Below are positions 8,443 to 16,452 of a DNA stretch of 33,749 nucleotides, piece after piece. The DNA comes from a virus (taxonomy: Duplodnaviria; Caudoviricetes), in the IMG/VR virus record IMGVR_UViG_3300032324_000506, positions 1 through 33,749 of that record, one strand, 5' to 3'. A program made the position numbers and the translations under genes. Within the stretch, counting starts at the first letter, position 1; each line of letters opens with the position of its first letter. The notes under the pieces were generated by a model. It was not told the origin of the DNA. It was given only the letters and a program-made list of their open reading frames with translations, and searched no databases.

Positions 8443-8885
8443 CTTGCGATGGAATTCGGATATGCAATTACTGCCAGCCTGTAGGTGCGGCGCATGGTGC
8501 GCTCCTCATCGTCGGCCTCTGGCTCAACCGATTCCAGCTTCGCATTATAACAGCGGGCAGATCCGATGGCGGTGGTAGCGTTTAATCGCGTGGCCAGAGG
8601 GCTGGAATCATAAAAAGCCTGTAGCACCTTGGAGCATTTTTGAGTATGGGCGTCCACAGTTGTGTCGTCATATGAATCGTCCACCACAATTTCAACCGGC
8701 ACGCTAAACACGCCAGATCCCTGCACTGGTTCTTCCGTTCCTAGGGTGGCTTTAATGACGATCGAGGGCGGCATATTTTCCGTCTTATCGTGCGACAAGT
8801 GGTAGGTAGGCCCGGTGACGGTTGCGGATAGAAGCTCTTGAAAAGCAGCTTCAATTAGACGATCGAGCATGGTAACGGCGGGCAT
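8439..8885 (-). CDS. tail terminator/completion protein (gpU-like)
   Basis: 148 aa, acidic, P.IVI motif, directly upstream of the tail tube gene. Confidence 0.6.
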   Translation of the reverse strand: MPAVTMLDRLIEAAFQELLSATVTGPTYHLSHDKTENMPPSIVIKATLGTEEPVQGSGVFSVPVEIVVDDSYDDTTVDAHTQKCSKVLQAFYDSSPLATRLNATTAIGSARCYNAKLESVEPEADDEERTMRRTYRLAVIAYPNSIAS

Positions 8886-8898
8886 ATAACTAGATTCT

Positions 8899-8904
8899 TG
8901 TCAC
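8899..8904 (-). promoter_or_regulatory. GTGACA-N13-ATG element (variant)
   Basis: GTGACA AGAATCTAGTTAT ATG(8885), in the short gap after the radical SAM gene; no SD. Confidence 0.45.
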
Positions 8905-8915
8905 CAGAGCAGATG

Positions 8916-10007
8916 TTACACAAAGGCGTCGTGACTATCGGTGGCCAGCTTTTCAAACAGTGCGACCTTGGCGTGATTGGCACATTCGTGCAGGCAACTG
9001 ACGCCAGGGTTAAAGTTTTTATGCCATGCTCTCGCATCTTCTCCGAACCATGCCTGGCTAAAGGATTGATCCTTCATGGAGGCGATCCGGCCATGATTGC
9101 TGTATGCGGTATTGTGGCATGCGTAGATATTGAGATCAGCACCTACCACGCAAACGGCCTGAGCGTAGAGGCAGCGATGGAATGGCCGAACGGGCGACTT
9201 GCTTGGACTATCCAGATCGTAGGTCGTGTTAATGGTAAAATCTGAATCACAAAAGGATTGGCATTCGGCCAGTTGCTCTCGCACCCTAGTTGCAATCGTG
9301 TTGTGATAGTCCTTAAAGTTCTGAACGTAGACAGGCGAGAAGCGAACGTTACTGACGCCTGAATCTTTAAGCTGCTTGGCAAATGGAACTAAGCCCTCGT
9401 AATTATAGCGGGTAATAATAAAGTTAATTCCAAGATCACAGCTTTCCGTTTTGGTATTTGAAAAGTTTTTTATGTTTTGCATCACCGAATCGAACGATCT
9501 GTCGGGCACGTTACGGCTGGACGCCATCTGTTCTGCGCTTGTGTAGTCCATCGAAATCCTAACCCACTTTGCCTTGCCCAATACTTCAGCCCTTTCTCCC
9601 GCAAGCAGTTGGCCGTTGGTAATAATGGATAGATCCAGCCCAGACGAAACTGTCTTAGTCATAATCTCGACAATGTCTTTATGCAGCAAAGGCTCTCCGC
9701 CACCGCTGAAGGTGACGGCCTTTGTTCCCATGTTTGAAAGATCCTCTATTAGTTCTAGCGCCTTATCTCGTGGCATCACGTCCCGTTCGTTCATGCTGGT
9801 GTGCATGCCAGCCTGTAGGTGCAAGTCGGGCCGATCCTTGGGCCGAGTTGTGCCATCTGAATAAACGCAAAAACGGCAGGCGTGATTGCAGATATTTGTC
9901 GGCTTGATCCGCACGTAGATGGGAGCGGTAATAATATCGTCGCGAAAGCTGGCAATCTTTTCTGGAAATGAAAAGATTTTGTAATCGCTGTATTTATTTT
10001 GTTTCAT
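8916..10007 (-). CDS. radical SAM protein with SPASM/twitch-like C-terminal domain
   Basis: CNHACRFC (CxxxCxxC), FSGGGEPLL, ITNG, RISMD; C-terminal Cys: RC...IYACH...SCLHEC. Confidence 0.92.
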   Translation of the reverse strand: MKQNKYSDYKIFSFPEKIASFRDDIITAPIYVRIKPTNICNHACRFCVYSDGTTRPKDRPDLHLQAGMHTSMNERDVMPRDKALELIEDLSNMGTKAVTFSGGGEPLLHKDIVEIMTKTVSSGLDLSIITNGQLLAGERAEVLGKAKWVRISMDYTSAEQMASSRNVPDRSFDSVMQNIKNFSNTKTESCDLGINFIITRYNYEGLVPFAKQLKDSGVSNVRFSPVYVQNFKDYHNTIATRVREQLAECQSFCDSDFTINTTYDLDSPSKSPVRPFHRCLYAQAVCVVGADLNIYACHNTAYSNHGRIASMKDQSFSQAWFGEDARAWHKNFNPGVSCLHECANHAKVALFEKLATDSHDAFV

Positions 10008-10009
10008 TA

Positions 10010-10702
10010 TTATGCGCTAATAAGCCCTGGCAGATTTAACGGATGTTTTGATCCAACTGCTATTTTTCTTGGCGTTTGTGGGGCGCAGAAATCGAACCAA
10101 TCAAATTGCTTTACCGGCACATATGCGTTTCCAAATGTTTTTCTAATTCCCGACATCATCGTGTCATAAGTAGGTCGCGGTGATTTTCTTGAAATAGAAG
10201 TGGTTGGGTGATCGTAATCGTATGATTCGATCCAATCCTGACCAGTTGCGCTTTCCAAGTAATCAAATACAACTATCGGAGCGATGCGTGCTAGGCCTTT
10301 AAGAATTCCAAACTCGCTCAAAGAATCGTTGGCATGATAATATACGCCCCATAAAAAAACCATATCGGCTTTAATATTCAAGAATTCTTGTAATCCTAAG
10401 CAGTTTTCGATGTTCCCAAGAATTGTACTTACCCGATTATCTGAGATAAAACGCTTCCTAATAACACTTAGATTAGCTTCTCGGCCATCGTTCACTATTA
10501 CGCGGCTAGCGCCTTGAGCTAACAACCATTCCGTCTGATCTCCTATCCCGGCCCCTGGTTCAAAGATTGTTTTGCCAGCTATTTGTAAACCCGTATTTTG
10601 CATAACTTCCCATCGCAATCGATTCAGTGTTTGTTGCCGTCCGTCATGCATATTAGTTAAACCAAAGACTACGTTTTGTTCATCTGGAGTTAGGTTATTC
10701 AT
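10010..10702 (-). CDS. class I SAM-dependent methyltransferase
   Basis: IFEPGAGIG motif I, acidic NDGR at strand 2, DMVFLWGVYYH. Confidence 0.85.
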   Translation of the reverse strand: MNNLTPDEQNVVFGLTNMHDGRQQTLNRLRWEVMQNTGLQIAGKTIFEPGAGIGDQTEWLLAQGASRVIVNDGREANLSVIRKRFISDNRVSTILGNIENCLGLQEFLNIKADMVFLWGVYYHANDSLSEFGILKGLARIAPIVVFDYLESATGQDWIESYDYDHPTTSISRKSPRPTYDTMMSGIRKTFGNAYVPVKQFDWFDFCAPQTPRKIAVGSKHPLNLPGLISA

Positions 10703-10714
10703 TTTTTTTCTTTC

Positions 10715-11170
10715 TTATTTTAGCAGAATAAATGCAGGCCATTCATCGGGTTTGGCAATCGCCAATGGGATTTCCTCGGCGTTTTGAGGATAAATGCCTC
10801 TTAACCCATCAATAGTTGCGACAATACGTTGTGCATTGTGCGACTGATGCGTAAGACCGTGGACTTCGTCCTGCCAGCCTGCAAGCAGGACAGGAGCACG
10901 CTGCAACGAGACATCTAGTTTAATTTGCTCGTATGCTCGTTCTAAAATAAATGGCGTAAATGAATAAACAATCGGTCTTAGACCTGCCAGCGCCATGCCT
11001 GATGCAATTCCGACTAATGATTGTTCTGCAGTACCAAGATTAAAATATCGTTTTGGAAACTTGTTGGCAAAGGTTGAAAACAATCCTCCTCCAACATCGC
11101 CTATCAGCAATACTATGCGCTCATCGCTTTCGGCCAGAGCAGTCACCGCCTGGGCAAAAGGCCACCTCAT
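10715..11170 (-). CDS. transketolase-like beta subunit, pyrimidine-binding domain only (151 aa)
   Basis: FPKRYFNLGTAEQSLVGIASGMALAGLRPIVYSFTPFILERAYEQIKLD...G.THQ; ends at PAFILLK, before the usual C-terminal domain. Confidence 0.9.
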   Translation of the reverse strand: MRWPFAQAVTALAESDERIVLLIGDVGGGLFSTFANKFPKRYFNLGTAEQSLVGIASGMALAGLRPIVYSFTPFILERAYEQIKLDVSLQRAPVLLAGWQDEVHGLTHQSHNAQRIVATIDGLRGIYPQNAEEIPLAIAKPDEWPAFILLK

Positions 11171-11808
11171 TTTAGATCCTCAATCATGGTCTGAAATTCA
11201 TCGTCGGTAATTGTGTGAGTGTGCCAACTTTCATTTTCCTCGAGCATCCGTACCCCTGCGCCTCGTTTTGTCTTATGTATTTTAACTGGATAGATATGAG
11301 GGATAATGTCGTCTGTATTGCATATTGTGCGGCAAGATCCTTGCCAGCCGTTAGAATCAATGTGAACAAATAGATGCTCTTCAAGTTGAAGTGATTTTGC
11401 GAGATTTAGTGATTCCCAGGTTGTTCCTTCCAGAGTTTCGCCATCACCCAGCAAAACAAAGACGCGATCATTTTTCCCAGAGATTTTGTTTGCAAGCGCC
11501 CACCCAACCGCAATAGGAAGTCCGTGACCGAGTGACCCTGTTGTCGCTGGTATTCCTTCTTTTAGGTTTCTATATGGATGCGGATGCGATATATCTGGCT
11601 TGTATCCCAGTTCTTCTAAGATTGCGTAATAAGATGGAGCGGCATGACCCTTTGACAAAATAAAAATATCCGAGCCATGCCTCATTTGCTCAAATATTTC
11701 CAGCATAATTGGAAGTGCTGAAAGGGATCCAGAGGCGTGGCGATGCTGCTGCTTGTAATCGATTTCTATTGTTCGATAAATTAGTTTTTTGCGATTTGTA
11801 GGGTTCAC
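11167..11808 (-). CDS. transketolase-like alpha subunit, ThDP-binding domain (213 aa)
   Basis: HASGSLS, FILSKGHAA, HP, TTGSLGHGLPIAVGWALA, GDGE..EG..WE...DSN (GDG..N ThDP motif), WH. Confidence 0.92.
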   Translation of the reverse strand: MNPTNRKKLIYRTIEIDYKQQHRHASGSLSALPIMLEIFEQMRHGSDIFILSKGHAAPSYYAILEELGYKPDISHPHPYRNLKEGIPATTGSLGHGLPIAVGWALANKISGKNDRVFVLLGDGETLEGTTWESLNLAKSLQLEEHLFVHIDSNGWQGSCRTICNTDDIIPHIYPVKIHKTKRGAGVRMLEENESWHTHTITDDEFQTMIEDLK

Positions 11809-12569
11809 AATATTCCCTCATTTTCTAGTATATGAATTGCATGATATGCGCTTCTCGCCATCTGCCCGCGTTTAGTAAGAATCACGTTCTCGGTATCTCC
11901 ACAAAGCAGGTGAAAGGCATTTTTATTATGAACGTTAAGGCACGGCCAGCTCGGCCCGGTGGATGTTCCGATGACGGCTTTGGCCTTGGCAGCCGTCGCC
12001 CCTATCCAAGTCACATTCTTGCCATCAAATGCAGGGCATAATCCAGTAGCGACTGTGCTAATTACACGATGACCCTTGCTAACTAGCTTAGATACTAGGT
12101 TGCGAAAATCGTCGGGGTTAAAGTTTGTAAATTGACCAGACAGCCCTGGCGAATTTATCACAACGATGTCGAAATCTGGCGCCATCGGAATGAAAGAATC
12201 TAAGGCCGGATAGTCAAACAGGAGGTCATCGACTTTGCCGATCGGATTCTTTACGCACATCCTGCTGGCCAGTTCCTCAAACCAACATAGATGAAATTCG
12301 GCAAAGTTTAATTTATCTCGGTGACTCTCCCAATATCCGCCTGCATTACGCCAAGAATCAATGCTATTAGCCGGCGCTTGATCGATAGGCCTAATGTGTA
12401 GGCGTAAAGACATGTCGCTTCGCAACGCATCAATTTCTTCAAACCTACACAGCTCTGGGTTATGATAGTGCGTGATCTTAATGTCTGGATTTTGCAGGCA
12501 TAGCCGACGTAAAAAATTTAACTGCACTAGGTTGTCGCCCAAACGCAGTGCGTTGTGGGTGTGTATCAC
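11805..12569 (-). CDS. glycosyltransferase, GT-B fold, GT9/heptosyltransferase-like
   Basis: RLGDNLV near the N-terminus and AKAVIGTSTGPSW (compare GxDSGPxH of GT9). Confidence 0.6.
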   Translation of the reverse strand: MIHTHNALRLGDNLVQLNFLRRLCLQNPDIKITHYHNPELCRFEEIDALRSDMSLRLHIRPIDQAPANSIDSWRNAGGYWESHRDKLNFAEFHLCWFEELASRMCVKNPIGKVDDLLFDYPALDSFIPMAPDFDIVVINSPGLSGQFTNFNPDDFRNLVSKLVSKGHRVISTVATGLCPAFDGKNVTWIGATAAKAKAVIGTSTGPSWPCLNVHNKNAFHLLCGDTENVILTKRGQMARSAYHAIHILENEGIL

Positions 12570-14251
12570 GGGTTCCGCTCCTTAAATATCTTTTCGCCCA
12601 GCTCGTAGTTTTCTTTGGCGTTGTGCCGTTTAAATTCCGCGTCCTGCACTGCGCCCGTGAATAGCGGATTATTGTGAGTGAATACGATGTCCTTGGCAGG
12701 AATGATCACGCCGTCGTATGCAGCTCTCTTGGAAAATTCGTTATCGCTGAAAATTCCTGAGCATGCGTCATATTCGGCGGCAAACATTGTGCCCTGGTCT
12801 TGCAGCCGTGCTTTTGTCAGGATCGCCATGCACAGCAGATCGTCTTTGCGGTGGCCATCGGAAATCGCCAATACCTTCGGCTTGCTGGTATCGCCAATCC
12901 TATCGCTGATTATCTTGTCCCAATGCAGCGGAGGATCCCAATCGTCGGAGCCTTGAATGATAATATCACCACGGGCTACTTCGGCCGCTCTGTTCCATGC
13001 GGCAATACATCCGCCTTTGCCCTTTACGATTCCCCAATTTTTAAGCATGTCGGCTTTAGGATCGTCATCGTCGACTGAGTAGATCCACTCGACTGAGGCT
13101 GGATCTGCCGCCTTTTTCATCCACAAGATACGGGCGTTGATGGCTTCCTGCGGGCGTCCTCGCGTGGCGTGGCATACGCTAATCTTCACGGGCTTTTGTG
13201 CCCGCCACATGTTCTCTATCTTTTCTGCCTCGGCCGTATCGCCCACGGCTTTGCAGGCCGCAAGATACAGATCGATGCACTCAAAGTCGTAAATGGTGCG
13301 CTGGGCGTTCCAGATCTTTACGCCTGGGTCGGGCTGTACCATGGCAGATTTCAGCAAGTGATAAGCCTGTAACCACGCACCCACGCTGGCCTCTTCCCTG
13401 GCTAAAAAGTAAATCGCTTCCCTTCGCCCAGGATTCATCTGATGGGCCTTTTGATATAGGCCGATCCTGACCGTGCGATCCTGCGTAGCCGTGGCCTGAT
13501 TGCAGGCGGCCTCGTAAGCCAGCGTTGCCTCCTGCCCCGGCCAGATGGCCGCAACGTGTGACCATGGCTCAGACTCAACCCTGCGATTTCCTAGGAATAG
13601 TTCCTGTTGGTAATAGTAGGCATACTTGCCCGCCTCGCTTAACTGGCCCTGAAGGATGCGCAGATTACGATCGGCGCTGTTTGGCTTATAGCCACCGGGG
13701 TGATGCTCTACCCATACCGCCTGCTCGCCCACAGATTCCAGCCCGGCATTAGGCAATAGCGCCTCATGCACTGCATAGTTCCACCTCCCAGACCATACGC
13801 CGTCTATACGCCTTACCATGCGCTCACGTACTGGCCTTAATTTGGCGTTTATAACGTCATAGACGCCTGCATAGATGCCGAGCTTGGGATTCTGTTCAAA
13901 CGCTTCCACGCCCCTTTTAAGAGCGTTTTTGAGGTCTTTATGCGGCAAGTCATCGCAATCCACCCAGACCGCATAGTCGCCAGTGCAGGCATCCAGTGCA
14001 GTGTTGCGGGCGGCGGCAAAGTTATCGACATGCGGCCAGCTCGCCCCAGCGGGTGCGTTTTTATATTCAACTATCTTGGCGCCTGCCTTTTCAGCGATGG
14101 CCCGAGTGCCGTCATCAGGTCGGCCGCCCTGGGCAATGCACACGACCAGCTCGTCGCAGAATGGTTTAAAGGCGGTAAGGCAACGGTCAATAAATTGCGC
14201 CTCGTGCCCGGCGATCATGTAGATGGAAATTTTAGGATTTCGAGTGGCCAC
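12566..14251 (-). CDS. two-domain family 2 glycosyltransferase with central TPR-like region (GT2-TPR-GT2)
   Basis: ISIYMIA..EAQFIDRCL, NFAAARNTALD, WVDCDD, VHEAL, RNLRIL; TPR-like helices (PGRREAIYFLA); second GT-A domain VCHATRGRP, SVDDDD, AAWNRAA, QGSDDWDP, FSDNEFS. Confidence 0.9.
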   Translation of the reverse strand: MATRNPKISIYMIAGHEAQFIDRCLTAFKPFCDELVVCIAQGGRPDDGTRAIAEKAGAKIVEYKNAPAGASWPHVDNFAAARNTALDACTGDYAVWVDCDDLPHKDLKNALKRGVEAFEQNPKLGIYAGVYDVINAKLRPVRERMVRRIDGVWSGRWNYAVHEALLPNAGLESVGEQAVWVEHHPGGYKPNSADRNLRILQGQLSEAGKYAYYYQQELFLGNRRVESEPWSHVAAIWPGQEATLAYEAACNQATATQDRTVRIGLYQKAHQMNPGRREAIYFLAREEASVGAWLQAYHLLKSAMVQPDPGVKIWNAQRTIYDFECIDLYLAACKAVGDTAEAEKIENMWRAQKPVKISVCHATRGRPQEAINARILWMKKAADPASVEWIYSVDDDDPKADMLKNWGIVKGKGGCIAAWNRAAEVARGDIIIQGSDDWDPPLHWDKIISDRIGDTSKPKVLAISDGHRKDDLLCMAILTKARLQDQGTMFAAEYDACSGIFSDNEFSKRAAYDGVIIPAKDIVFTHNNPLFTGAVQDAEFKRHNAKENYELGEKIFKERNP

Positions 14252-14253
14252 GG

Positions 14254-14553
14254 TTAAATCTCTCGCAACCCGAGCACGTAACTACCGATAGAAGTATCAA
14301 TCGACGCCACTCGATAGCTGACCGAGTTGGCCAGTAAAATAGATCCGATGGTAGGCGCCGATGAGATGGCGCTCAGATCGATCGTAAATGTAGAGTTTAG
14401 ATCCAGATCAAACCCGCCCAGCTCCACGCTTTCTTTGCGGGTGATCGTGGAAAGGATGCCAGTGACGCCAGTAGAACCAATGGTGGCCGCTGTGCCAGTT
14501 TGAGTATAAAGAGCGGCTAGACTTTCTTTTAACGCTTCTGTGAATTCAGACAT
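14254..14553 (-). CDS. head-tail joining protein (lambda gpFII-like)
   Basis: 99 aa after the capsid gene; ATIG...VTGIL...P.IGSIL....YRV.SID beta-barrel pattern. Confidence 0.65.
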   Translation of the reverse strand: MSEFTEALKESLAALYTQTGTAATIGSTGVTGILSTITRKESVELGGFDLDLNSTFTIDLSAISSAPTIGSILLANSVSYRVASIDTSIGSYVLGLREI

Positions 14554-14566
14554 GAGAGGATTTCTT

Positions 14567-14605
14567 AAAGTGGAAAGGGCGGTGAGCCTTTCAGCCCACC
14601 GCCCT
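14567..14605 (-). terminator. intrinsic terminator after the major capsid gene
   Basis: AGGGCGGTGGGCT-GAAA-GGCTCACCGCCCT then TTCCACTTT. Confidence 0.75.
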
Positions 14606-14616
14606 CCCCGAGTGAA

Positions 14617-15507
14617 TTAGCTACCGTTGATGCGAACCAAGCTCGCGGGTTCTCCGGCTTTCACGCCGTAGATCAGAGCGTAGGTGCGTTGCAGCAAGCC
14701 CTTGACCACGTCGTAGTTCTCACGAACTTGGACGGATAGGCCAGTGCGGGGTTCGGTTACCGTGTCGATCGTCCCAGGGATGGGAACGCCGGTCGGAACT
14801 TCAGGAACGCGGGCCGCGATCAACAGGGCTTCCTGCTGGGCGAAGAATCCGCCGAGCGTGATGCTGTTGGTAGGCACTGCGCTGTACTGGTTGATGTTGA
14901 ATCCAGCCACGTTGCCGATCCCAGCCGTGCGAACGAGGTCGCCGGTGATCTGAGGATTGGCCACGACGGTCGTATCATTCAAGAGAGCGCCGTAGAAGCT
15001 GGGGTTAAGAACAGCGTACCGGCCGTTGACTGGTACGTTGCTATTGTTGAGAGTGATTCCGGCCGACACTACCGAGCGGTAGGAGAAGGCGCTGGAAGCA
15101 ACCGTCAATGCGCTGGTGAAGGTGGAGGAAGTTACGAGAGCCAACAGATCCCCAACCATTTGCAACCCGAGGGCGTGCGCGGCTGCGCCGGCAAAACGCT
15201 CGATCAGATTGATGTTGGAGCTGGTGCGCTCTTGATCGTCCACAGCGTAGGAAACGTGCTTGAACTTGTTGAGAGTGATCTGCACGTCCGTCTGGGTTGT
15301 CGCAGTCGCTACGTAGCCGTTTGCCTGCGAGTAGTCCTGGGCGGTCGTCGCAGAGATACGGTGGGTAAAGACTGACGCATTGTATTTAGCTGCTTCGCTG
15401 CTGAAATCCGTGACGGAGTTTCTGAGGAAGCTGTAATCCGCCACGAGGATCTCGAGAGCCCTCTGAGCGATTACATTGGCATTCGTTGTTCCGATTGTGT
15501 TGGCCAT
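14617..15507 (-). CDS. major capsid protein (HK97 fold, P22 coat-like)
   Basis: 296 aa after protease/scaffold; AGGAG SD; VQITLNKFKHVSY, L...NVP..GRYAVLNP.FYGALL, G.IGNVAGFNI, LIYGVK motifs; followed by a terminator. Confidence 0.88.
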   Translation of the reverse strand: MANTIGTTNANVIAQRALEILVADYSFLRNSVTDFSSEAAKYNASVFTHRISATTAQDYSQANGYVATATTQTDVQITLNKFKHVSYAVDDQERTSSNINLIERFAGAAAHALGLQMVGDLLALVTSSTFTSALTVASSAFSYRSVVSAGITLNNSNVPVNGRYAVLNPSFYGALLNDTTVVANPQITGDLVRTAGIGNVAGFNINQYSAVPTNSITLGGFFAQQEALLIAARVPEVPTGVPIPGTIDTVTEPRTGLSVQVRENYDVVKGLLQRTYALIYGVKAGEPASLVRINGS

Positions 15508-15532
15508 TGTAGTGTTCTCCTAGTGGACTGGA

Positions 15533-15988
15533 TTACAGTCCGAGTTTGCGGAGCAGTTCCGACCGACGGGCCGGATTCTTTTCCGCGTTGAATTGATTGA
15601 GGATTTCTGCCCGGCCGAGTGGTTGGCTCGATTCAGCGGGAACCGCCACTGCGCCAGCAGCGTCGGCCTTGGCTTTTTCCAAAGTCGTAATGGCCTTTTC
15701 GTTGGCCTTAGACATTTCTTCTTTTTTGTAACCCATCTCCTCGTCATCTTCGTCCTCTTCGATCTTGGGAGTCAGCATGCCGATTAGTTTGGTCAACATG
15801 CCCGCGATGTCGGTCAAAGTAGGCTCGGCCATCTTCTGCTCGTCCTTTTTCTCTTCGGGCATTTCAGCCAGTTCGGCCTTTGCTTCGATGGGAGCAGGAG
15901 CGGTTTCGACGATAGGAGCGGATACAGGTGCGGCCTCTACGGTCGGCTCGCTCAACTCCTTTTTGACTTCGACAGGTGCTTCGTTCAT
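15533..15988 (-). CDS. putative nested in-frame scaffolding protein (151 aa, MNEAPVEVKKE...)
   Basis: Internal ATG at the protease/low-complexity boundary, preceded by TTGACA-N14; arrangement like lambda C/Nu3. Confidence 0.55.
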   Translation of the reverse strand: MNEAPVEVKKELSEPTVEAAPVSAPIVETAPAPIEAKAELAEMPEEKKDEQKMAEPTLTDIAGMLTKLIGMLTPKIEEDEDDEEMGYKKEEMSKANEKAITTLEKAKADAAGAVAVPAESSQPLGRAEILNQFNAEKNPARRSELLRKLGL

Positions 15989-16429
15989 TTGAAGTTTTTT
16001 CATGTCAACTGCTGAGAAGGCAGAAAACATCCCTGCGGGATTGGCGGCTGGTTCAGAAACGATTGAGCAGTCGTAGATCTCAGTCACTCGGGCAAAGCGT
16101 TCGGCGCCCAAGATCTCAGGCACTCCGCTAAAGGTAAGTGATATGCCAAAGCCTTCGGGTAACACTTGGGCCAACTGCTCGACAAACTGCGCCTCGTTAG
16201 TGTTAAAGAGGTTTAGATCGCCCAGCAGGCGGTCGCCTTTGATTGAGAAATTATCGATGTAACCAAGGATGCCAGTGACGGGCGCGCCGTGGCCCATAGT
16301 CACTTTGATCCGCTTCATGCTTTGCGCCACTTTGAGCGCCTGCTCGAGTGAGGTTTGGTCGATCTTAAGGTTGTGGCCCCTAGCCTCTCCAACCGTTAAA
16401 ATAGAAACTCCGTTTAATTTGTTGGCCAT
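15533..16429 (-). CDS. prohead protease with C-terminal scaffold domain
   Basis: GEARGH, KVTMGHG, GISL.F, DCSIVSEPAANPAGMF; acidic Pro/Ala-rich C-half. Start is more likely ATG 16429 than TTG 16450. Confidence 0.75.
   Translation of the reverse strand: MANKLNGVSILTVGEARGHNLKIDQTSLEQALKVAQSMKRIKVTMGHGAPVTGILGYIDNFSIKGDRLLGDLNLFNTNEAQFVEQLAQVLPEGFGISLTFSGVPEILGAERFARVTEIYDCSIVSEPAANPAGMFSAFSAVDMKKLQMNEAPVEVKKELSEPTVEAAPVSAPIVETAPAPIEAKAELAEMPEEKKDEQKMAEPTLTDIAGMLTKLIGMLTPKIEEDEDDEEMGYKKEEMSKANEKAITTLEKAKADAAGAVAVPAESSQPLGRAEILNQFNAEKNPARRSELLRKLGL
16003..16008 (-). promoter_or_regulatory. TTGACA-N14-ATG element inside the protease gene
   Basis: TTGACA TGAAAAAACTTCAA ATG(15988). Confidence 0.55.
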
Positions 16430-16444
16430 ATAGGCCAGGGCGAA

Positions 16445-16450
16445 CGTCAA
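16445..16450 (-). promoter_or_regulatory. TTGACG-N15-ATG element (variant)
   Basis: TTGACG TTCGCCCTGGCCTAT ATG(16429); no SD. Confidence 0.5.
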
Positions 16451-16452
16451 CT

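Noticed and set aside
8916-10007. Radical SAM as QueE of a 7-deazaguanine DNA modification pathway
   Set aside because: Too long, has a SPASM-like tail, and no folE/queC/queD/dpdA genes were seen
10715-11808. Transketolase as a pentose-phosphate auxiliary metabolic gene
   Set aside because: Context is glycosyltransferases within the structural operon, the C-terminal domain is missing, and no other central-carbon genes are present
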